A stretch of 64,000 nucleotides of DNA from Thermoproteota archaeon (GTDB taxonomy: Archaea > Korarchaeota > Korarchaeia > Korarchaeales > Korarchaeaceae), in assembly GCA_027491735.1 (NCBI GenBank), contig JAOZGP010000004.1, positions 19,523-83,522 of the forward strand, written 5' to 3'. Positions 40,494 through 49,580 of the stretch are shown piece after piece (position 1 is the stretch's first letter; each line of letters starts with the position of its first letter). The notes below the pieces were generated by a model, which saw only the letters and a list, made by a program, of their open reading frames with translations, searched no databases and was not told where the DNA came from. Position numbers and translations under genes: made by a program.

Positions 40494-41374
40494 CCTCTCA
40501 CCCTGCCCATTGAGATCGCCCTAGCGGATAGCTTCTCCTTGCAATCTGGGCATATTTTCTGGGAGTTTGCTCTTTCTATTTCCTTTGATGTGGCAAAAGG
40601 TCTGCCGCAAAGTTCGCATCTGACCAGCTTCATCTCAGGACCCTTCGACCACTCTTCCAAGAGCTGCTTGACCGTCATTCCTCCCAGCTTCAGGGCCTCA
40701 ACCTTGTTCTCCTTGCAGACATCGACACACTTCCCACAACCAACACATTTCGAGGCGCTCAGATAGATAATTCGGAGGTCCTTCGAGTCCTCGAACCTAA
40801 GAGCCCCTTCAGGACATGCCTCGGCACATGCACCACACCCAATGCACTCCTCCGAGAAGAGCGGTATCTCGAACCCGGGCACAGGCACTAGCCTGACTTC
40901 CTTCACCATCTTAGCTATGGACCTAAGGGATTCCGCGAAGTTCTCCTTCTTCTTCGGCACCCTCAGTACAGGTTTTCTGTCAAGCGGAGGAAGCCTGTTC
41001 AACCTGGAGGACATCTCTTCTGCTGCAGCAACAAACTTATGCGGTTCGGAAGCTGCCATGAAGAACATCTCGACCCTGTCCGGCTCGACCCCAATCGCGT
41101 CCAGAAGCTGCTTGAGGAACTCAACCCTCTCCTCTGCTTTGAGGTTTCCGTCCACATAATGACATTCTCCCTTTCTGCAACCAGCTACAAAGACAGCATC
41201 AGCTCCTTTGGCCAGCGCATAGAGGATCCACGCCGGATCAACGGTCCCCGAACAGGGAATCCTTACTATCAGGACGTTAGCTGGATGCTTCCTATGAGTG
41301 CTGCCGGCCAGGTCGGCGGCAGCATAGGCGCACTCATTACAGCAGAAACCAACCACAAGCCTCTCATCAGCCAC
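40490..41374 (-). CDS. mvhD: MvhD [2Fe-2S] subunit fused to a 2x[4Fe-4S] ferredoxin and CxxC..CxxC tail
   Basis: FCCNECAYAAADLAG, IPCSG and GCRKGECHY..GN, followed by CIGCGACAEACP, CVGCGKCVDVC and CELC..CPDC. Confidence 0.88.
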   Translation of the reverse strand: MADERLVVGFCCNECAYAAADLAGSTHRKHPANVLIVRIPCSGTVDPAWILYALAKGADAVFVAGCRKGECHYVDGNLKAEERVEFLKQLLDAIGVEPDRVEMFFMAASEPHKFVAAAEEMSSRLNRLPPLDRKPVLRVPKKKENFAESLRSIAKMVKEVRLVPVPGFEIPLFSEECIGCGACAEACPEGALRFEDSKDLRIIYLSASKCVGCGKCVDVCKENKVEALKLGGMTVKQLLEEWSKGPEMKLVRCELCGRPFATSKEIERANSQKICPDCKEKLSARAISMGRVRG

Positions 41375-43337
41375 TCAACACACCCCCTAGCAGACCCTCT
41401 ATCTGATTGAATATCTGATCCTCCGTGTACACCTTCCTGCTTATGGCCCCAACTGGACAGACTGCCTGGCATATACCACACCCCGCACAGGCAGCTGGCA
41501 ATATCTTGGCCTTTCCGTTCTCCTCAACTATAGCATTGAAGGGACACTGATCCTTGCAGGCCATGCATCCAATGCAGAGTTCCTCATCCACGAAGGCTTT
41601 TTCACCACTGATCTTGATCTTCCCCTTCATCAGGATTGTGGCCGCCTCGCTTGCAGCAGCCTTGGCCTGTGCAACGGAGTCGGGTATGTCCTTAGGTCCT
41701 TGAGCAGCTCCACATATGAAGATCCCGGGGACTGACGTCTGGACTGGTTTGAGCTTCGCATGGAGCTCCTGGAGGAAGCCATAGGGGTCCTTTGGTATGT
41801 TGAACACCTCCCTTATGGTCTTAGTCCCTTCAGAGGGGGACACACCAGCAGCTAGGACCACTAGATCGGCCTTTATCTCCAGCTTCCTGCTAAGAGTCTG
41901 ATCGAACACTTCGACCGCCAGGTGATCTCCCTCCCTTCTCACCTCTCCAGGCTTTCCTCTGATGAACATCACTCCCTCCTCCCTCACTCTGGAGTATAGC
42001 TCCTCAAACCCCTTCTTTGGGGTTCTCATATCTATGTAACATATGTACACCTTGGTATCGGGGTACTCGGATCTTATTATCTCCGCATGTTTTAATGATA
42101 TCATGCAGCAGACATTCGAGCAGTAGGGGTTGTTGTTCACATCCCTGCTCCCTGCACACTGTATGAAAACGACGCTTCTTGGAATTTTTCCATCGGAGGG
42201 CCTCTTTAGGTGTCCTGAAGTCGGTCCGTTGACGTTTATCAGAGATTCTAGCTGAAGCTGTGTTATAACATCAGCGTACTTCCCATATCCATAGTTCTTT
42301 AAATTTGATGCATTGTACTCGTCAATCCCCGTGGCTATCACGACCGCACCCACCCTGAGCTCAAACTCCTCCGGATTCTCGTTCAGGTTTATCGCCTCGA
42401 CGGGGCATCTCCTGGCACATTCGCCACACTTCCCACTTTTTATGTATAGGCAGGATTCCGGATCTATCACATAGGCCCTCGGAGCCGCCTGAGGAAAGGG
42501 TATATAGGCAGCCTTCCTCCTACCCAATCCCATCTGCCACTCGTTGATAGTTTCCACCGGACACACCCTCTCGCAGGTGGCGCAGGATATGCACTTCTCC
42601 GGATCCACATATCTCGGTTTCTTCCTGACTTTCAATGTGAAGTTTCCTATGGACCCTGACGCCTCAACAACCTCGCTCATCGTGTGGACCTCTATCAACG
42701 GATGGTCCAGAACCTCAGCCATCAGAGGAGTTAGTATGCAGAGGGAGCAGTCCCCTGTTGGGAAGACCCTATCAAAGAGAGCCATCTTTCCCCCGAGGGT
42801 TGGGTTTTTCTCTAGAAGATGGACCTTTATCCCCTTGTTGGCCAGATCCAGGGCAGCTGTTATCCCAGCTATACCCCCTCCGATGACCGCAGCCTCGTTC
42901 ACCACTTCGGCCTCGCTCTCATATATGGGTTCGGCAGCGGCAACCTTATGAACTCCCGCTAGCACGTACCTTATCGCCTTGTTCGTCGCCTCCTCCGGAT
43001 TCTCAGTTGACCAGGAGACCTGTTCCCTCAGGTTTACCTGCTCCATATATCCCGGATTGAGCCCTGCCTCAGCTACAACCCTCCTAAAGAGGCCTTCATG
43101 GAGCTTGGGGCTACATGCAGCCACAACAACTCTGTTTATCTTTCCACTCTTTATGTCCTTCCTTATGAGCTCCTGTCCCATCTTGCTACACATGAAAAAG
43201 TAATCCCTGGATATCGCCACTAAGGGATTCTTCGCCACCTCCTTGGCGACCTTCTTGACGTCAACCTTCCCAGCTATGTTCTTGCCACAGTGGCAGACGT
43301 ATACACCAACCCTTATATCATCCGACGTATAGATCAC
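41367..43337 (-). CDS. hdrA: heterodisulfide reductase subunit A (FAD/FeS)
   Basis: GVYVCHCG, AACSP, IGGGIAG, DCSLCIL, QCAGSRD, YCSNVCC and GPKDIP motifs, plus a C-terminal ferredoxin. Confidence 0.95.
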   Translation of the reverse strand: MIYTSDDIRVGVYVCHCGKNIAGKVDVKKVAKEVAKNPLVAISRDYFFMCSKMGQELIRKDIKSGKINRVVVAACSPKLHEGLFRRVVAEAGLNPGYMEQVNLREQVSWSTENPEEATNKAIRYVLAGVHKVAAAEPIYESEAEVVNEAAVIGGGIAGITAALDLANKGIKVHLLEKNPTLGGKMALFDRVFPTGDCSLCILTPLMAEVLDHPLIEVHTMSEVVEASGSIGNFTLKVRKKPRYVDPEKCISCATCERVCPVETINEWQMGLGRRKAAYIPFPQAAPRAYVIDPESCLYIKSGKCGECARRCPVEAINLNENPEEFELRVGAVVIATGIDEYNASNLKNYGYGKYADVITQLQLESLINVNGPTSGHLKRPSDGKIPRSVVFIQCAGSRDVNNNPYCSNVCCMISLKHAEIIRSEYPDTKVYICYIDMRTPKKGFEELYSRVREEGVMFIRGKPGEVRREGDHLAVEVFDQTLSRKLEIKADLVVLAAGVSPSEGTKTIREVFNIPKDPYGFLQELHAKLKPVQTSVPGIFICGAAQGPKDIPDSVAQAKAAASEAATILMKGKIKISGEKAFVDEELCIGCMACKDQCPFNAIVEENGKAKILPAACAGCGICQAVCPVGAISRKVYTEDQIFNQIEGLLGGVLSG

Positions 43338-44146
43338 CTCCTCAGAAAATAGCTAAAAATCTCAGAAAAAGCTTCGTTCATGGCGATAACACCAGGGGAG
43401 TTTTCGGGGTATATATCGACTCCTCTCCCCTCCATCTCGCTCAAGAAGAAGCTATCGTCGTAGGGGATGAAGAACGCCCCAACATCCCTCTTGCCGCACT
43501 CATCGAGCACCTTCCTTCTGATCATCCCAAGCTTATCGGGAGGAACCTTGTTCACAAGAAGATCTATCCTCTCTATGCCCAGGTTTTTCCCCATCTCTAT
43601 CAGCCTAAACGAGATGTCGAGGGACTTCACTGTTGGTTCCGAGACACAGATCATGTGATCGAAGTTCTCAGCTAGACCCCTTCCAAAGACCTCTGCTCCG
43701 GCCTCCGAGTCCACCACAACGGCTTCCCTCTCATCCATCATGACGTGTTTGAGGAAGGCTCTCGCCAAAGCTATTGCTGGACAGAGACATCCCTCTTTAG
43801 CCGCGTCTATGCTGCCAACAACGACCAGTCTTAGGTTGTCCCTCACCCTAAGGCCGAACTTCTCTATTATGTCATCCACCTGAGGATTGAGTCTGAAGAA
43901 GATTCCCCACGCCTCTCCAGGCTTTGCTCCAGTTCGTTTAGCGATGAACTCATTGTTCTTGGTAAGAGGAATTATCTTGAGGGCTTTATCTCTCGGCACA
44001 CCAAGGGCTTGGGCCAGATTAGGGACTGAATCTGTGTCAAGAGCTAAAACCTTGAGACCTCTTAAGCTCAAGAAAAAAGAGAGGAGAGCAGATGTGGTAG
44101 TCTTCCCTGTCCCTCCCTTTCCAGCCACGAGCACCTTTAACGGCAC
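43334..44146 (-). CDS. cooC: CODH nickel-insertion ATPase
   Basis: GKGGTGKTT, GCLCP and DSEAGAEVFGRG motifs; adjacent to cooS. Confidence 0.93.
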   Translation of the reverse strand: MPLKVLVAGKGGTGKTTTSALLSFFLSLRGLKVLALDTDSVPNLAQALGVPRDKALKIIPLTKNNEFIAKRTGAKPGEAWGIFFRLNPQVDDIIEKFGLRVRDNLRLVVVGSIDAAKEGCLCPAIALARAFLKHVMMDEREAVVVDSEAGAEVFGRGLAENFDHMICVSEPTVKSLDISFRLIEMGKNLGIERIDLLVNKVPPDKLGMIRRKVLDECGKRDVGAFFIPYDDSFFLSEMEGRGVDIYPENSPGVIAMNEAFSEIFSYFLRR

Positions 44147-44152
44147 CTATAC

Positions 44153-46081
44153 TCACTCCGGCCATCCGAGCTTCTTCCTCTTCTCCTTTATCACTTGGAT
44201 CATCGTCTGAGCCGCCTTTATCGGATCGGGTTCGACGTAGAACTTTCCTCCTACCAGGTCCTCAGCCTTATCGGTCAGGATCTCGACTACCCCCTTGCTG
44301 CCCAAGACAGGAGGCACCGTTCCTAGGTGTGTAAACACGCCAGAGGAGACGAAGTAGGTTCCTATGGAGACAGCCTTCTCGCTCATCCACTCCGGAGCAG
44401 AGCCCACAGCAGGAAGGTCTGATATATCCACGCCCAGGTGGTCCGCCAGTGCCGCCAGAGCTATCAACATTCTGGAGCAGTCAACGCAGCTTCCCATATG
44501 AAGGGCAGGCGGTATTCCCAGGGATTTACATATCTCCTTCAGTCCGGGACCCGCTAGTTCAGCTGCCTCTGGTTTGAAGAGCCCGTGCTTCGACATGGCG
44601 ATGGCCCAGCATCCGGTTCCGACGACTAAGATGTCGTTCTTTATCAGCTCCTTCGTCAGGGTCACATGGCTGTAATCGTGCCTGACTTTGGGGTTCACGC
44701 AGCCCACTATCCCAGCCACTCCCTTTATCTTTCCTGACTTGAGAGCCTCAGCCAATGGATCCAAGGTTCCTCCAAGGGCCTCCAATATCGCCTCCACGCT
44801 GAAACCAGCGACAAGCTCCATTTTCTCCTTGGGTATGAAAACCCTCTCCTTGACCCTGTTGGGGAAGTTCTCCACAGCAACCCTAACTATCTTCTTAGCT
44901 GTCTCCAACGCGTTCTCTTTGTCGAACTCTATGTGTATAGCTCCTGGCATGTGAGCCTTCGGCTCAGTGGTTATCACCTTGGTGTGGTAGCAGGACGCCA
45001 CGTTAGCTATCGCTGGCATTATGCACTGGTAGTCCACTATGACCGCCTCCACAGCACCTGTTATTATGGCGAGCTCCTGCTGTAACATGTTCCCGGCTAT
45101 AGGTATTCCATACCTCATCAGGACCTCGTTGCCGGTACAGCACATCCCAACAACGTTTATCCCTCCAGAAGCTCCGGCCTTCTTCGCCAGCTCGAGAAGT
45201 TCCGGATCCCTTGCAGCTTCGACCACCTTGGAGGAGAGTATGGGGTTGTGGCCGTGGACAACTATGTTTACAGCATCCTCTCTGAGAACTCCCAGGTTCG
45301 CAATGCTCTTGACGGGTTTTGGTGTGCCGAGAAGTATATCGCTCAGCAGGGTGGCCATGAGAGATCCTCCCCACCCATCTCCTAGGGAGGCCCTTATTCC
45401 CTGAGCTATCAGGCTCAACGGATCCGCGTCGACACCCATATGAGTTCTGTGCATTATCTCGACAACCTCCCTGTCTATAGCTCTGGGCATGACTCCTACC
45501 TTCTCCCAGATCTTTCTTCTCTTCTCCGGAGCGTACCCCTCAACCAGTTTGAGGGGTTCCTCGCCGGGCTTCCCGAACTCCATCAGAAGGACCTCAGCAA
45601 CCTCCTTAGCTACATCGTTCAGCTCTTTTCCTTCAACGTCAACGCCCAGCCTCTTGGCTAGATCCATCAACTTGGCCTCATCGGTTATCTTGTAATCCTT
45701 AGCCCTTCCCTCAGGTATTGCCGCCAGAACTTCAGCTATATCCCTTGCATGATCGCTGTGAGCCGCAGCTCCAGCAGCTATCATCCTGATAAGGTTCCTG
45801 GCAACTATAGTGTCAGCGGTAGCTCCACAGACGCCCTTTTGCGGACCATATCCGAAGGGATCTATCCTGCATGGACCCATGTTGCAGTTCCTGCAGCACA
45901 CCCCTAGCTGGCCGAAACCGCATTGAGGTTGTTGCGCTAAGAACCTATGCCATGCGGTCTCCACTCCGTCCTTCTCTGCCTTCTCGAGAAGCTGCTCAAC
46001 TGTTGAATCCATGGACACGCTCCTATAGAACTCCTTCCGGGAGGCTTTCATAAGCCTCTCATAAATTCTCTCCTCAGGCAT
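44153..46081 (-). CDS. cooS: anaerobic Ni-Fe carbon monoxide dehydrogenase catalytic subunit
   Basis: QPQCGFG..CCRNCNMGPC, AAHSDH, HGHNP, GMCCTGNE, DYQC, GCVN, GSCVD and EWMSEKA motifs. Confidence 0.97.
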   Translation of the reverse strand: MPEERIYERLMKASRKEFYRSVSMDSTVEQLLEKAEKDGVETAWHRFLAQQPQCGFGQLGVCCRNCNMGPCRIDPFGYGPQKGVCGATADTIVARNLIRMIAAGAAAHSDHARDIAEVLAAIPEGRAKDYKITDEAKLMDLAKRLGVDVEGKELNDVAKEVAEVLLMEFGKPGEEPLKLVEGYAPEKRRKIWEKVGVMPRAIDREVVEIMHRTHMGVDADPLSLIAQGIRASLGDGWGGSLMATLLSDILLGTPKPVKSIANLGVLREDAVNIVVHGHNPILSSKVVEAARDPELLELAKKAGASGGINVVGMCCTGNEVLMRYGIPIAGNMLQQELAIITGAVEAVIVDYQCIMPAIANVASCYHTKVITTEPKAHMPGAIHIEFDKENALETAKKIVRVAVENFPNRVKERVFIPKEKMELVAGFSVEAILEALGGTLDPLAEALKSGKIKGVAGIVGCVNPKVRHDYSHVTLTKELIKNDILVVGTGCWAIAMSKHGLFKPEAAELAGPGLKEICKSLGIPPALHMGSCVDCSRMLIALAALADHLGVDISDLPAVGSAPEWMSEKAVSIGTYFVSSGVFTHLGTVPPVLGSKGVVEILTDKAEDLVGGKFYVEPDPIKAAQTMIQVIKEKRKKLGWPE

Positions 46082-46696
46082 CTACACCCACCACCCCACA
46101 GGTTTGTACATCTCCTTAACTTTAGAAATCGGGGATTCTGGAGCCTCCTTTTCAATCCTCGCATAGACCACTCCAGCCTCCTGTACTCCCAGTATCATCT
46201 CCAAGGCTTTCTTTCTCTTCTCTTCATAGAGAAGGTCCTCCGCTCTACCAAACCTAAGGGCGCCCGTTGGACATGCCTCCACGCATGCCGGAGGAAGCCC
46301 CCTTCTCATCCTCTCAATGCAGTGATCGCACTTGATTACTTTAAGCGTGGAGTCATAGGAGGGATGGCCGAAGGGACACGCCAGGAGACATGTCCTGCAT
46401 CCTATGCACTTCTCCCTGTCTGCGACAACGAAGCCTTCCTCGGTCCTATGCATGGCTCCTGTAGGACAAGCCTGCTCACATGGAGCGGGATCGCAATGCA
46501 TGCACCTCATGGGAACGAGGAGTCTGTCAGCCACAACAACTCTGGTTCTTGGGCGAGGAAGAGGTTCTTCAAAGATTGCTCCAAACAGGTCACGGGAGTC
46601 GGAGTGTTCAACAGCGCAGGCTATTTCACAGCTTCTACATCCGACGCATTTAGAGGGGTCCACGTATATCAGGTACTCGGGCTGAGTTAAAGTCAC
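46082..46696 (-). CDS. cooF: CooF-type 4x[4Fe-4S] electron transfer protein
   Basis: CVGCRSCEIAC, CMHCDPAPC, CIGCRTCLLACP and KCDHC..PACVEACP motifs. Confidence 0.9.
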   Translation of the reverse strand: MTLTQPEYLIYVDPSKCVGCRSCEIACAVEHSDSRDLFGAIFEEPLPRPRTRVVVADRLLVPMRCMHCDPAPCEQACPTGAMHRTEEGFVVADREKCIGCRTCLLACPFGHPSYDSTLKVIKCDHCIERMRRGLPPACVEACPTGALRFGRAEDLLYEEKRKKALEMILGVQEAGVVYARIEKEAPESPISKVKEMYKPVGWWV

Positions 46697-46734
46697 AGCT
46701 CCCAGATCTCTTCACCCCAAAAAATTCTCACCGT

Positions 46735-47913
46735 TTACGTATAATTATTTCGTTTTTCAACGAAAGAAGGAATTGAAGTCCCGTTTTTCTTCTGGGAAAT
46801 TTTTAAATTTTTACTTAAAATCGATGATTTAGCAATTTTATATCTCTTTATAAGCTCCAAACACTCAGGAGTTGGGGTGCATCCTCCCCTGTCTGAACCA
46901 CCTTTCCTGGACATGAATAGGTTAATCCCCAAAATCTTTTCAATAGATCTTACTCTCTTGTATATCGAGGCTGGTGATGTGTTAAGAGCTCTAGCAAGTC
47001 TGCTAAAGCTTCCTAGATCAGCTAATGCCGATAAAATTTCCAGATCATCCTCGTATATGCGTCTGCCGTCCTTGGTCACGAGGACCAAGGAGGCTGAGAA
47101 GGAGTACTTCGTTGATCGACTTATCTTGCTGCAGTTCAGCCGCACGATGCCTGCTATCTCGAGGGGTGAGTAGAGCATGTTGAGGGTTCCCTCCACAGGG
47201 CATTTCCCTACATATCCCGCCGAGTCCAGGAACACCATGCCGCAGTTCAACTTACAGTAGGGGCCGTCCAGGACATATATTGGAAAATCTCTTCTGAAAG
47301 TGACCCGAACCATGTAGACGTCCATGAACTTTCTGAATGGCTCAGAGACCTCAAACCCCTGTCTCTCCATGATGGCCACAGCGCTAGTGGAGCAGACCGT
47401 TGGAGGACAGAATATGGGCGGGGAGATCCACATCTGAACCCCCTTCTCCCTGATTAGATCTATACAGGTGAGAAGTTCCCTCTCATTTGTGTTTTGAGTG
47501 ATAAACAGGGCTACTTTTACGTTTGCTCCTCTGGAGAGAAGGTATCTCATCATCTTCCTTGCCCCGGAGATGTCCGAGTGTGTGTAAGAAAAGAGAAAAA
47601 TCTCATCCGGTATGAGCAGGCTTCTCCATCCTTCCTCCTCGGAGCCGGTTGAGGATGGAGTGAATACCCTGAGAGGGAGTCTTCTCTCCTTAACAGACAT
47701 CATAAGATCCGTAACACCTGGATGGAGGAGCGGGTCCGGACATATGAAGCAAACCTCCGGTCTGTACCCGGAGCCTATCATGGCGTCCAACACGAGCTCG
47801 AGCTTATCTTTCTTGAGGTATGTGCGCTCTCCAGACTTGGTTTCTCTCCACGGGCACTGGGAGCAGGACGCATCGCACCCCCTCACAGGTCGAACTATGA
47901 GTACGGGCTTCAT
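46735..47913 (-). CDS. corR: CorR-like regulator: radical-SAM-like FeS domain plus C-terminal LysR/ModE-type HTH
   Basis: CDASCSQC motif; C-terminal GSFSRLARALNTS..YKRVRSIEKILG..KGG..RGG; sits directly upstream of cooF. Confidence 0.7.
   Translation of the reverse strand: MKPVLIVRPVRGCDASCSQCPWRETKSGERTYLKKDKLELVLDAMIGSGYRPEVCFICPDPLLHPGVTDLMMSVKERRLPLRVFTPSSTGSEEEGWRSLLIPDEIFLFSYTHSDISGARKMMRYLLSRGANVKVALFITQNTNERELLTCIDLIREKGVQMWISPPIFCPPTVCSTSAVAIMERQGFEVSEPFRKFMDVYMVRVTFRRDFPIYVLDGPYCKLNCGMVFLDSAGYVGKCPVEGTLNMLYSPLEIAGIVRLNCSKISRSTKYSFSASLVLVTKDGRRIYEDDLEILSALADLGSFSRLARALNTSPASIYKRVRSIEKILGINLFMSRKGGSDRGGCTPTPECLELIKRYKIAKSSILSKNLKISQKKNGTSIPSFVEKRNNYT
46748..46765. promoter_or_regulatory. 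inverted repeat at the BRE/TATA of the cooF promoter
   Basis: tttcgtt-tttc-aacgaaa immediately upstream of TAATTATA on the minus strand. Confidence 0.5.
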
Positions 47914-48464
47914 GGAATCGCCTCCATCACCTCGGCCCTGAACTCACATAGGCCATCGCCAGCTGCCTGACAGCTCACCTCCTCCATGGGTCCTATTCTC
48001 ACCCTGAGTATATCCTCGACCAGTGCTGCCAAGATGCCGGCCACGAACCTGCAGACCGGCTCCTTGGACTTCCTTCTCCTGGCCTCAAAGGAGTTGGAGA
48101 CGGAGATCCTAACGAAGTTGTCCTCAATTTCTATCTTCTCTATCCTGCCGAACCCCAAGGTCTCAAATATGGATGCAGCTATCCCGAAGAGCTCGTCCTT
48201 CTCGAATCTCTCTCTCATGGGAACTATTCCCTTCTCGTTGTGGGCCTTCATGAGCCTGTAGGCTGAGTAGTATAGGACAGGGCCTATGGCCTTACTGCCA
48301 GCCACAACCGAGATTCCAGCCATGAAGTCGGCCCACCACTTGGTGGACATGATGAACACGTCCGGCAGAATTGCCCTGCCGAAAAGGGGTATATCAACCT
48401 CGACCCTTATACTTCCCTGATCGTTCTGGATCTTCCTGATGTTCTTCATCATCGGTAAAATCAA
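47910..48464 (-). CDS. corQ: V4R-domain protein, CorQ-like
   Basis: LGFG, NSFEA, PVCRFVAGIL and EVSCQAAGDGLCEF motifs; ATGA-coupled to the corR-like gene. Confidence 0.75.
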   Translation of the reverse strand: MILPMMKNIRKIQNDQGSIRVEVDIPLFGRAILPDVFIMSTKWWADFMAGISVVAGSKAIGPVLYYSAYRLMKAHNEKGIVPMRERFEKDELFGIAASIFETLGFGRIEKIEIEDNFVRISVSNSFEARRRKSKEPVCRFVAGILAALVEDILRVRIGPMEEVSCQAAGDGLCEFRAEVMEAIP

Positions 48465-48820
48465 GCTGGAAGAACCTTAATAATAATCGTCTTCATCTTG
48501 ATCAGCGGTGAGTTTTTAACAGATCTTTGTAGTTTATGGAAATAGACTCATACTAATGGGATCGCTGCTCCCTTCAGAGGACCTAAGCACCGGGAGTGTT
48601 TGGACCTCGGGCAGTGATCTACCTTTGGTTGTTCTCCTGCGGCGGATCTTACAAGTTCCAGTAATCTCGGGAGTTTCGGCCTTCATTAGGTGAGGTCCTG
48701 AATCCGAAGAGTGATCTTCTCAATTTCTGTTGTTGGAAGACATTGCCCGATCCACATGGCTGCTTTATCCAACTCGTTGGAGCTTCTGGTGTTGATAGAA
48801 TGAGAGCATCGAACCGAGGC

Positions 48821-49474
48821 CTATTCCACGATCTCAAGCTGAATATCAGGGATAAGCTTCCTCAGATGATCTCTCTCCTCCTCTCCGAACATCCACCAGG
48901 GGGTTATCACTTCTTTAGAGACAATGGCTGCTCTTTTATCGTCAGCATTCCCGAGGACCTCAATCAGCCCATTAAAGGCTTCATATACGGTCAAAACTGT
49001 TGGAAGGAGGGTCTCTTCCCTAGCCCTCTTCGGATGCTCCAGGGCTCCTATCGAGGCATATGTGAGATCTTTGAAGGGAATAAGCTCCATGCAAAGCTCC
49101 TCTGGGGAGCTCCTCTTTGACCAGCTTCTTTCTTTGTAGTCTTTCAGGATTGAGATGAGATCGTCCTCGATCCTAGATGGCTCTCCCCTCGCCTTCACCT
49201 TGATCCTGTCCAAGCGGCCAGACAGTCCCTTGAAGCACTGCACCATCAGGCTCTCCACCATGATGATCCTACTGAAAGCACAGGATAGCCTCAGCACGAA
49301 CATCCATTCAGGCCTTAGCCTATGTCTAAGGGAAACAAGCTTATAACTGAGGATCATCGCGACCTTCTCATAACGGATCAGTAGGTGTATCCTCTCAGAA
49401 TCAGTGCTATGATTGAGTATCTTGCAGGAGGGAAGTAGCTTTTCGAGGAAGGATCTCACCGAGCGCATCCACAA
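48821..49474 (-). CDS. hypothetical protein, paralog of 30567-31211
   Basis: Collinear conserved blocks shared with the 214-aa ORF. Confidence 0.75.
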   Translation of the reverse strand: MWMRSVRSFLEKLLPSCKILNHSTDSERIHLLIRYEKVAMILSYKLVSLRHRLRPEWMFVLRLSCAFSRIIMVESLMVQCFKGLSGRLDRIKVKARGEPSRIEDDLISILKDYKERSWSKRSSPEELCMELIPFKDLTYASIGALEHPKRAREETLLPTVLTVYEAFNGLIEVLGNADDKRAAIVSKEVITPWWMFGEEERDHLRKLIPDIQLEIVE

Positions 49475-49580
49475 ACGCGCTGGTTGAAGCTTATAGCCCT
49501 AACGCATTTTTTATTTCACAAAATATAAATAATGTAGATCCCTAAAAGCGCGGTGCAGGGCAAAAACAAAAAAGAGGAGA

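Noticed and set aside
39260-43337. Evidence of methanogenesis
   Set aside because: HdrABC-MvhD is widespread in non-methanogens, and no mcr, mtr or C1-pathway genes are in the window.
48655-48700. Minus-strand CTAATGA-AGGCC-GAAAC resembling a hammerhead ribozyme core
   Set aside because: The essential G of CUGAnGA is A, stem II cannot form, and no convincing stems I/III were found.
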